Origin: Bacteroidales bacterium
Lineage (GTDB): Bacteria > Bacteroidota > Bacteroidia > Bacteroidales > FEN-979
Direction of reading: 5' to 3'
Length of the DNA stretch: 64,000 bases
NCBI GenBank assembly: GCA_014860625.1
Contig: JACZJJ010000119.1
Coordinates: 363 to 64,362 of the forward strand
Within the stretch, counting starts at the first letter, position 1; each line of letters opens with the position of its first letter. Below the pieces are notes generated by a model, which had not been told where the DNA came from, ran no database searches, and worked only from the letters and a program-made list of their open reading frames with translations. Below are positions 1 through 8,600 of the stretch, piece after piece. The translations under genes and the position numbers were made by a program.

Positions 1-2
1 TG

Positions 3-1253
3 ATACTGGTCAACGGGTTTGGTCCGCTGCCTCCTGTCGGCGAAGCCGTAAGTATTGCGACAAACACCTGCTGGATTGAACACTTTTTCGACACCCCATT
101 ACTGGATTACGGCGAGATCCGGACCAATTACTTCAATGCGGATATCTCCCGAAAAAACCTGTTCGTAAGGAACCGCTATTTCATCCTGGCAGATGTGATC
201 ACCTCCCCGGATACAAATACGTATACATTTCAACTGCAGGGGAACGGATTGATCGGAGGTGCTCCGGGAACTCCTGAAGGCGCTTTCACTCCCAACTTTA
301 CCAACCAGCAGGGCACCTGGTCGCGGGATTCCACCCAACTGCTTGTCCACACCATTGCTGCCGGGGGAGCTGCAAACTATTCAAATGCCCTCGACAGCCT
401 GGCAACCGGCACCAACAACTACCGATACTATAGCAAGATGCTGGTACGAAAAGAGGAGGTCAGCAACACCGGATTCCTTTCAGTGCTTTTCCCCTATTCA
501 GATATCCCGCCTGTTGTCACCACCCTGACAGCTGCATCAGAGGTGAGTGCCATACGGATTGAAGAGGGGAATTTCACCGACCTGGTTTTTGCGCAGCAGG
601 ACTCAGGGATGGTTCTTTTCCCGGCGTCAGTAAGCGGTTTGCCGGAAACCGTGAGAGCAAACGGCACCCTGAACCTGATTGAATACAATCCCCTCTATCC
701 GTACCAGCTCTTTTTGGGGAACGGGGACACCATGCACGTTGGAAGTCAGTATTACATCGTTTGTGCACATCGAATGGATGTGGCGTACGAAGTGGAATCT
801 GATGTCGTTCGTTCCGGTTATGTAAGCGATTCGGGATGGGTGGGGCTATATGTGTTTGCCCCTAACTACTTCCAGCCCACCTCAGGAAACATCCTGGAAT
901 ATTATCCTGATCAGACGAACCTGCTGTTGTGGGTCAGGTTTGCTACTGCCACCACATTTACCATTGAGCTGGCTGAGGGGTTAGAGGACCATCTCCAGGC
1001 AGGAGAGAAACCAGCTTTTGTCAGAAATCTTGGGAATGGAAAGTACGAATTGGTCGTTATCTCTGAAGAAGCCTTCAGCGGTACCATCACACTCCATCAG
1101 GCATCCGGGAAGAGACTGTTTAAGAGACCTATCTCAGGCATCGTTGGGAGGAATAGCCATCCAATTGATCTCTCCGGATTTGCATCCGGACTCTACATCA
1201 TTACCATCACAACACCCGTAAATCAAACCAGTATAAAACTCATAAACCACTAG
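3..1253 (+). CDS. secreted protein, 5' partial (heparinase II/III-like C-terminal region) with T9SS C-terminal sorting domain
   Basis: Frame 3 is open from the window edge (ILVNGFGPLPP...RNRYFILADVITSP) into the listed ORF. The last ~80 aa (GKYELVVISEE...GLYIITITTPVNQTSIKLINH) look like a Por/T9SS CTD. The enzyme family call is from motif memory only. Confidence 0.5.
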   Translation: MLVNGFGPLPPVGEAVSIATNTCWIEHFFDTPLLDYGEIRTNYFNADISRKNLFVRNRYFILADVITSPDTNTYTFQLQGNGLIGGAPGTPEGAFTPNFTNQQGTWSRDSTQLLVHTIAAGGAANYSNALDSLATGTNNYRYYSKMLVRKEEVSNTGFLSVLFPYSDIPPVVTTLTAASEVSAIRIEEGNFTDLVFAQQDSGMVLFPASVSGLPETVRANGTLNLIEYNPLYPYQLFLGNGDTMHVGSQYYIVCAHRMDVAYEVESDVVRSGYVSDSGWVGLYVFAPNYFQPTSGNILEYYPDQTNLLLWVRFATATTFTIELAEGLEDHLQAGEKPAFVRNLGNGKYELVVISEEAFSGTITLHQASGKRLFKRPISGIVGRNSHPIDLSGFASGLYIITITTPVNQTSIKLINH

Positions 1254-1315
1254 TCATGCTAAACAAAACAGAAGAGGCCTCCTTTCTTGAGACTAACCTA
1301 TAATCCTAAAAACAC

Positions 1316-1340
1316 ATTCGTCATTCGTCATTCGTCATTC
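1316..1340. repeat. heptamer tandem repeat ATTCGTC x3.5
   Basis: Read directly. It contains the RAYT stop codon (1335-1337), between convergent gene ends. Confidence 0.9.
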
Positions 1341-1898
1341 TTCTAAAAGGTACATCTTCAACCCTTTCTCTTCTACCGGTTCGGTCAGGATCTGTGAAAG
1401 CACCTCCCTGTTCCCAAAGCGCCGGAGGATCTCCTCCTTTGGGATCAGCGTTTGCCACGTTGTAACAGTCGCATGAAATGAGGAGTAACGGTACCTTGAA
1501 CAATCTTCCACCACCCCATGTCGCCGGGCATTTTGGTTGATGTACCGGATCACCTCCCTCAAAATCGTTTCACGGCGAATCTCAATGCGCTTGAGTTTGA
1601 ATTTAAATAACTGGCCGTCACCCCCATTCTTTGTATGGTACCCTTTGGTATAAGCGTTAAAGAGCAACGCAAAGGGCGTATAGGGATTGCCCTCCAGATC
1701 CTCCTTCATGCGAACGAGAAAATGGACATGATCGTCGAGGATGCAGTATGCCCAGGTCTCGGCAAAAGGGGTAACATGTGTTTTGTAGAGTCTGATGAAG
1801 AACTGAATGTCTTCTTCTTCGGGAAAAAGAGGGTTCCCGTTTTTTGCCCGGTTGTAAATGTGATAAAATTTACCCGGTTCCAGGATTGCAGTTTTCAT
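1335..1898 (-). CDS. REP-associated tyrosine transposase-like protein (RAYT, IS200/IS605 Y1 HUH fold)
   Basis: FYHIYNRAKNG N-terminus, HUH motif in DDHVHFLV, catalytic-Tyr region VIRYINQNARRHG, and 187 aa is a typical size. No IS ends or flanking hairpins seen. Confidence 0.7.
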   Translation of the reverse strand: MKTAILEPGKFYHIYNRAKNGNPLFPEEEDIQFFIRLYKTHVTPFAETWAYCILDDHVHFLVRMKEDLEGNPYTPFALLFNAYTKGYHTKNGGDGQLFKFKLKRIEIRRETILREVIRYINQNARRHGVVEDCSRYRYSSFHATVTTWQTLIPKEEILRRFGNREVLSQILTEPVEEKGLKMYLLEE

Positions 1899-2009
1899 GG
1901 CTTTTTTTAGCCATTAATCCGTTTATGGGGCAAAAGGTGAAACAAAAAATGTAAAATTCTGAATTAAACACTCTAAAAAAATACGGAATTACGTGAATGT
2001 AGTTCGTTA

Positions 2010-4991
2010 TCAGTGCTTTGGCTTAAATACGACCCCGTAACTTTTTTTTCCGTCGAGGGCGATTTTGCAGAAAGTTTCGAACCTGACGTTCCTGATATGG
2101 TCATTTTCCCAGAAAGCAGGCTGGCTGTCCAGGAAACCGACATCATACGATCCTTCACCAATGTGTGAATTGATGGTGAAGTATCCAACCCGGAAAGAGG
2201 TAAGGTTCTGAAAGAAATGAGTACCCTGGCTTGGATCAATCCGGTAGTTTTCCAGGCTCGACTCCACAATCAACCGGGCAGCAGATATCTGCGGCCAGCG
2301 GATCGGGATGCCCAGCCATGGGTCGCTGGAGCCCCAACGGCCCGGTCCGATCAGAATGTAGTTCTTATTCTCCTCCAGGAAACGGTCATTGACTTTCTCC
2401 AGCTGAGCGGCGAACTCCAGGCTTTTGGAGGCATCAAACGCCTCTGGTTTGATATAAACAATATCAGAAATATCGTTGATGATTCCATTGCCAAGTGCTG
2501 CATTTGAAACCAGGATCGTCTCCTCGGCGGAGATTGTTCCGGGATCAAGGTGAATGGTTTCATCGCGACCTGTAATAGGCCGGATCTGAAGTATGCTGAA
2601 TAACCTGGGCTCCCCTTTCGGCACATCAAGATTCACGGCAAATTCAATCTCTACCGGCTTGTCCATCTCCTTCTGCCCGATCTCCAGAATCTCCTGCAGG
2701 ATCTGTGCCAGGGGGAATGTGCCGTGATTCAAGATGTTTGAAAAGGTGATCAGCCGTTTTCCTGCAGACAACATGCCATCTTTGAGTGAATGGGCGTTGT
2801 AATCGTATGTGGAAGCTACCAGTTTCAGCACAGGATCACTTTCGGCATCCTTGACTTTAAGTTTCAGCAGGTTGATCGTCTCATCGCAGTCGGCATGAAA
2901 ACTGTCGGGGTTCAGATCCAGGGCATAAAAACTCTTCTGTGTTTCGGTAAGTGCCAGTTCAGGAGTGGACAGCTGAAGGATCTTTTTCGGGTAGCGCGGA
3001 GAGAACCGGATCCCGTTCCCGCCATCCACAATGTACTTGCCGAGTCCAAAAGCAATATTTGCGATGCCATCCCCGGGTTCTTCCGGAGCCATGGGATAAA
3101 AGTTGATGGATCGGGCAACTCCCGAGATCGTTGGGTAAAATCGGTTGCCATACTGCTTCCCGGTAACCTCTTGCAGCACTATTGCCATCTTCTCCTCGTC
3201 AATCATGTTCAGTGTGGCAGCCATGTAGGCTTTGGAGTCGTGGAAAAAGGCGGAGGCATAAACACTCTTGATTGCTTCACTCAGCTTCTCTATCATTAAC
3301 CGGTCGTTGAACCGGATGTTTGGGATCATGTAGGTAGAGTAAATCCCGGCAAATGGTTGATAATGTGAATCTTCAAGCAAGGAAGAGGACCTGATTGCCA
3401 CCGGGTTGCGGATGCATGTGATGAACGTATAGAGATCTTCATGGATCCGGAAGGGAAGCCTGGAAGCCACAAAATGGTCAAGAATCTCATTGTCGCTGTG
3501 ATTCGAAAGGGCAACTTCATACAGGTTGTTCTCCTCCATGAATTCATCGAAGACATCCGTACCGATAACCACCGTGCGGGGGATCGAAATCGTGACGCTG
3601 TTGTATTTGTCGGTAAGCCTGTTTCGTTTGATCAGCGAATCAAGAAAAGCAAGTCCCCTGGCTTTGCCGCCAATTGAACCCTCTCCGATCCGGCCAAAAT
3701 GTAAGAATTCATCGTAGCGGTCGCGATCGAAATCGGCAATCACACCTCTTGCCTTGTTGATGCGAAATGCCGAAATAGAGTCATAGATGTAGCGTTTGGC
3801 TTCATCCATATCATAAAACTCCGTTACGGAAATTTCAGAGAACATATCAGCAATAGGGAACAGAGCTCTTGCATTCAGCCACTTAGAAAACCTGTTGCGC
3901 TCCATGTGATACATCAGCGAATCGTCGGGGATCTCAAAAATCCGCTCCTGCATGGTGCGAAGATCAGCAACCCGACATATTTCGCGGCTGTTCTTCGGGT
4001 CCATGAAAACAAAATCTCCGAACGAGAAATGTTCATTGATGTAATTCCTCAACTCCATGGAGAGAGTTTTGGATACCTTGTTCACAAAACCAACTCTCAT
4101 CTGGTATGCTACATCTTTGTATTCCTCGTCTGACGACTGAAACAGGACTGGCATATATTCATCCTCTGTCCGGATCTTTTTCACAAATTTGATTCCGGCA
4201 GTTTTATCAGTCTCTCCCTGTCGTTTGAAACTGATGTCGGTGATGACCCCAAGCAGGTTGTTTTTGTATTTTTCCCAAAGGTCAATCGCTTCTTCATAAT
4301 TCGTAGCAAGCAGTATTTTGGTTCGACCGCGCATCCTGAGCATCTTTTGGTGCTCGTTCAGCCCTTCCGTCATGAACCCTTTTGACTGCTTGAAGATTAT
4401 CTTGTAGATGTTGGGCAGGTAGCTCGAATAGAATCGGATGGAATCTTCCACCAGCAATATGGCCTGTACGCCCTGCTTCACATCCTGATCGACATTCATC
4501 TTATCTTCGATCAGTTTGATAATTGCCAGCATGATATCTGCATTCCCCAACCAGGTGAACATATAATCGATGGCACTCAAATCCTTCTGACTGAGGCGCA
4601 GGCTGGATTCCCGTGAAAACGGCGTAAGTGCAACGATTGGAATTTTCGGATGCTGTTTCTTTATCCGAAGGGCAAGATCAAATGTGTCTGATTTCTCAAT
4701 GCTGAGCATTGAAATGATCAGTTCAACATGTTTGTCCTCCAGCACGGCGAAGGCCTCTTCTTCGGAAGTCACCTTGATAAACTGGGGGGGGTATCGAAGG
4801 TTCAGGGAGACATATTCCATAAAGATCTGCTCATCGATACGGCCATCCTCCTCCAGCATAAAGGCATCATATGTACTCGAGATCAGCAGGATCTGGTAAA
4901 TTCGCTTTTTCATCATCAGATTAAACTGAGTGTCAGCGAAATAATACTTCTTATGATCCAGCATTGATCGTGTTTTGGCCTTCTCTCCCAT
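2010..4991 (-). CDS. receiver-domain / PPDK_N (PEP/pyruvate-binding ATP-grasp) protein, no swivel-His domain; paralogue of 11845..15738
   Basis: Degenerate REC-like region (ILLISSTYDAFMLEEDG) followed by a canonical REC (AILLVEDS...LLGVITDISF...PVLFQSS). PPDK_N signatures GGKARGLAFL and VAIRSSSLLEDSHYQPFAGIYSTY. No GG-TSHAA-type phosphohistidine motif seen. Conserved C-terminal block ILIGPGRWGSSDPWLGIPIRWPQIS...GTHFFQN. Confidence 0.65.
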   Translation of the reverse strand: MGEKAKTRSMLDHKKYYFADTQFNLMMKKRIYQILLISSTYDAFMLEEDGRIDEQIFMEYVSLNLRYPPQFIKVTSEEEAFAVLEDKHVELIISMLSIEKSDTFDLALRIKKQHPKIPIVALTPFSRESSLRLSQKDLSAIDYMFTWLGNADIMLAIIKLIEDKMNVDQDVKQGVQAILLVEDSIRFYSSYLPNIYKIIFKQSKGFMTEGLNEHQKMLRMRGRTKILLATNYEEAIDLWEKYKNNLLGVITDISFKRQGETDKTAGIKFVKKIRTEDEYMPVLFQSSDEEYKDVAYQMRVGFVNKVSKTLSMELRNYINEHFSFGDFVFMDPKNSREICRVADLRTMQERIFEIPDDSLMYHMERNRFSKWLNARALFPIADMFSEISVTEFYDMDEAKRYIYDSISAFRINKARGVIADFDRDRYDEFLHFGRIGEGSIGGKARGLAFLDSLIKRNRLTDKYNSVTISIPRTVVIGTDVFDEFMEENNLYEVALSNHSDNEILDHFVASRLPFRIHEDLYTFITCIRNPVAIRSSSLLEDSHYQPFAGIYSTYMIPNIRFNDRLMIEKLSEAIKSVYASAFFHDSKAYMAATLNMIDEEKMAIVLQEVTGKQYGNRFYPTISGVARSINFYPMAPEEPGDGIANIAFGLGKYIVDGGNGIRFSPRYPKKILQLSTPELALTETQKSFYALDLNPDSFHADCDETINLLKLKVKDAESDPVLKLVASTYDYNAHSLKDGMLSAGKRLITFSNILNHGTFPLAQILQEILEIGQKEMDKPVEIEFAVNLDVPKGEPRLFSILQIRPITGRDETIHLDPGTISAEETILVSNAALGNGIINDISDIVYIKPEAFDASKSLEFAAQLEKVNDRFLEENKNYILIGPGRWGSSDPWLGIPIRWPQISAARLIVESSLENYRIDPSQGTHFFQNLTSFRVGYFTINSHIGEGSYDVGFLDSQPAFWENDHIRNVRFETFCKIALDGKKSYGVVFKPKH

Positions 4992-5053
4992 GATGAAACT
5001 TTAGCAAATCGTTATCCTGCGGATTCAAAGATAAGGAAGATTTGACAGGTATC

Positions 5054-5084
5054 CTGCCAACTGCCAACTAGCAACTGCCAACTG
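5054..5084. repeat. heptamer tandem repeat CTGCCAA x4.4 (one unit CTAGCAA)
   Basis: Read directly. It fills the spacer between the diiron-protein stop (5089) and the start of 2010..4991 (4991). Confidence 0.95.
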
Positions 5085-5088
5085 AAGA

Positions 5089-5544
5089 TTAGTTCTCCCT
5101 AAGGATATAATCGTCATACTCAATCTCGAACCGCATCTTGTGCTTCGATTCCTCCATTGCGAGGTGGCGGAACATCTCCTGCATCTCCGGTTGCTGAGCC
5201 CGGTCGGCCAGGGCCGTATAGAGCTTGAAAGCGGCTTTCTCCTTCTTCATGGCAAGAATCAGCGCCTTTTCGTACGACATGTCGGGTGTTGGTTTTACAT
5301 CCACCAGATAATCTGAAAGTTTCATGTCGACAATCGGGATGGTCCCAAAGACGGTAGAGCCATTCACCTTCACCTCCATCAATTTTGCCTTGTGCATCAT
5401 CTCCTCTTCCGCAAACTCGTGGAAGATTTTTTGAATCTGCTCGTTTTTCGACAGTTCAGCCAGCTTCAGGTAAAAATCCACTGCTGCCTGTTCCTCCCCG
5501 ATCGCAAAATCGAGAACGTCGTTTATGTTTTCAAATTCGATCAT
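5089..5544 (-). CDS. ferritin-like diiron protein (rubrerythrin-type four-helix bundle, no rubredoxin domain)
   Basis: Two E...ExxH pairs: GEEQAAVDFY / EEEMMHKAK and KKEKAAFKLY / EESKHKMRF. 151 aa. Confidence 0.65.
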   Translation of the reverse strand: MIEFENINDVLDFAIGEEQAAVDFYLKLAELSKNEQIQKIFHEFAEEEMMHKAKLMEVKVNGSTVFGTIPIVDMKLSDYLVDVKPTPDMSYEKALILAMKKEKAAFKLYTALADRAQQPEMQEMFRHLAMEESKHKMRFEIEYDDYILREN

Positions 5545-5586
5545 ATTTGTGATTGTTGTTGTTGTTTAATTATCAATTTAAACGAG

Positions 5587-5606
5587 AGCCGCAATGAATT
5601 GCGGCT
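5587..5606 (-). other. short intercistronic hairpin (agccgcaa-tgaa-ttgcggct)
   Basis: 8-bp inverted repeat between the fusion-gene stop (5615) and the diiron-gene start (5544). No clear T-run follows. Confidence 0.5.
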
Positions 5607-5609
5607 GTA

Positions 5610-5637
5610 CATCGTCATTCGTCCCTCATCATTCGTT
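5610..5637. repeat. degenerate heptamer repeat, ATTCGTC family (CATCGTC ATTCGTC CCTCATC ATTCGTT)
   Basis: Read directly. It spans the stop codon (5615-5617) and encodes the C-terminal RMMRDE tail of the 1237-aa fusion protein. Same family as 1316..1340. Confidence 0.7.
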
Positions 5638-8600
5638 CTTCAAATTCCTCCTCAAATCGCTTCACCAGGTAGTCGCATCCATAGTCAAAGTACCGGTTGG
5701 GATTGTCGTTGGCGCTGTAAGCCAGTGTGAGTTTCTCCGCCGGCATCTCCTCCTCCGTTTGAGGCAAGAGCTGGACGATCTCAGAGAATACATCCTCCCT
5801 GCTCTCTACTCCATTCAATCCAAATTGTTTCAGAATATGGATGAGTTGCCCAATGGAATCCATCTCCGGACGGGAAGGGAGTACCTTGTCAAACTCCAGA
5901 ATGACCTTCTGTGTATTGGAAAAGGTTCCTCCAATTTCTGCAGGGAATGAAGCCGGCAGAATCAGATCAGCCATCCTGGCCGTATCCGTCATGAAATAAT
6001 CCTGAACCACCTTGAACGGGATCTGCTCAATCAACATGCGGAACGACCCGGTTGTATCGCATCCCACAGGATCTTCACCAAAGATAAAGAGGTTCTTAAT
6101 CTTTCCCTGCGTGAGTTTTGTTTTAAGGCATGCTGAATCAGGTCCGGGGATTGAATCCACATTCCAGGCCTCCATGAGGTGTTTCAGGTAGGTTTCGTCA
6201 GTCAAACTCCTGCCCCCAACACCATACTTCCGGTTTATGCCCATGTCGAACAGTCCCTGTGCGTTATTCTTCTCTTTCAACACGATCAGTCCGTTGGCGG
6301 TTTTCCCAAGCTTTCCGGTGATCATAGCCATGTTCATCAAGGAGATGGCTCCATTCCCCGAAACCTCCTTCTCGGAATAGAGGATGATCGCGTTGAGTTC
6401 ATTGTTATACCCTTCCGCGAAGTTTTTTACCTCCTCTTCAGTTACACCGGCTCTGGCCAGAAGGGCGGGATAATCCTCCTTCGACATCTGCTCTTTGTAC
6501 TCGGTGAGCCCATCCACACGATCACGGAGGAAGAGTGCATTTTCCATCTTAGCTGTCAGCAGGAAATGGTTTACCGCTTTGATGAAATAGTAGTAGGACT
6601 TTACCTTGATGACCTGGTCCACTTTATGGTCCATCGCATTCTCCTCTTTGGTTGTGACAAGAACCACAGGAACATGCTTTTTCATCCGGGCGTTGCTTAC
6701 CATAAATCCGGCAACGGCATTGTCCCTGTTGATCTCGGATCCTACCAGATAAATTCGGGAGGCCTGTCCGATTTCTTCGAACGACGTGTTCATCGCTTCA
6801 TCCATACGGTAACCCTGCCACCTGCTTAGGTAGTGGAAGCTTCCGATGTTCCCGGTTTTGGCGCCAGCGCGGGCCAGCTTTTGAACCAGATACATCTCCT
6901 CATTGGTAAGCCGTGCCCCGGCAAAAAAAGCGCTGTCATCAGGATTCACTGCTCTGATTTGATCGAAGATCATCTGGAATGCCTCTTCAAAAGTGATCTT
7001 TTCAAATTTGCCATTGACGCGCTTCATCGGAGAGGTGATCCGGCTTCTATCGTTCAGGTAGGAGTAGCCAAACCGGGGGAAGCGGCAGATGTTGCCATCT
7101 TCGTTCACCTGTCCGGGGGCTCCGCTGACATTCATTACAAATCCGTTGAGGTGGTTCAGCGTCAGTGAACAGCCAATCGAACAGTAGTTACAAATGGTTT
7201 CGGCAGGAGTGGTGCGCACCGGACCTGGTTTAAAGAGCACATTCTCACTGATTGCTCCGGTCGGACAGGTAGAGATGCACATCCCGCAAGACTCGCAGTA
7301 AGTATCTTGCAATGAATCTCCCAGACTCGGAGCGACAAACGTCTCAAAGCCACGGTTGACGAGCCCCAGCGCATTGGCACCAACCACTTCGCGGCAGATA
7401 CGAACACAACGGGAGCATAAAATGCACTTGTTGTTGTCAATCTCGATATAGGGATGGCGGAAGTCGACCTGGTACTCCTTGTATGCTCCGGCAAATCCTT
7501 TCTGGTCGGCATTGTAATCGGTTGAATATTGCTGAAGGTCGCAATCGAAGAAGGCGTTGCACCCACATTCGAGGCAACGCTGGCTTTCATGAAGTGCGAC
7601 CTCTTCCCCGGCATACCCCAATTCCACTTCGGTGAAGTTCATCCGCTGATCGGTGTCCAGTACCGGCATCTCTTCCCGAAGCTGATTTTCAAATATTCCC
7701 GCATACTCTTCCCTGAGCTGCTTTTTGAAATTCTCCCGCTTGCTGGTAAAGGGTTTGTTGACAGGCATGATCTCCTGTCCCCTCAGAAACTGGTTGGCGC
7801 TGTGAGCAGCCACCTGTGCCTGGGCGATCGCTTCAATGATGGTAGCAGGACCGGTCACCCCGTCGCCAGCTGCAAACACCGATGGAATCCCTGTCTGGAG
7901 GGTATGCCTGTCGGCATCGATATCACCCCATTTGTTGATTTTCAACTCACCGGCAGAGGTGTTTGTATTGATGTCGTCAATAAAGTTCACATCGGTTTTT
8001 TGTCCGATAGCAGCCAGGATATAGTCTACCTTGATGTTGAACTCCGATCCCTCTACCGGCACCGGACGGCGGCGTCCCGAAGCATCGGGCTCGCCCAGTT
8101 CCATCTTGATGCAGGTGACTGTCTCCACATCCCCTTTCTCATTCTTATTGATCTTCTGCGGCAGCGTGAGGAACAGGTACTCTACCCCTTCGAGTTTCGA
8201 TTCATGGATCTCGATCGGGTTGGCAGGCATCTCTTTTTCGGTACGGCGGTATATGACATAGACCTTATCGGCATGGCATCTGATGGAAGTCCGACAGCAG
8301 TCCATGGCGGTATTTCCTCCACCAACCACTGCAATCGTCTTTCCGCTGAAGTCGTAATGCTGCTCCGTTACTTCCATGTTTTTCAGGAAGTCGATACCCG
8401 AGTATACATTCCCTGCATCGTCGCCTTCACAACCCACTCCGGTCCCGATCTGGGATCCGATGGTGAGAACCGTCGCATCGTACTTGTCAGCAATCGTTTT
8501 GTAACTCAGATTCTCTCCAAGCTTCTGGTTATAGAAAATCTGTACACCGAGGTCTGTGATGTTTTTCACCTCCTGATCCAGGATGTCGTTTGGCAGCCTG

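Noticed and set aside
1321-1503. 60-aa minus-strand ORF ending in MTNDE
   Set aside because: It is an alternative frame within the RAYT gene whose end is just the heptamer array.
1984-2009. Possible degenerate TTCGTAA-family repeat just downstream of the stop at 2010 (ggaattacgtgaatgtagttcgttatc)
   Set aside because: The periodicity is too weak to distinguish from chance, so it is not reported as a repeat.
2010-4991. Annotation as PEP synthase or pyruvate phosphate dikinase
   Set aside because: Only the PPDK_N nucleotide-binding part is recognisable. No TSHAA-type phosphohistidine motif or PEP-utiliser domain is seen, and receiver domains precede it.
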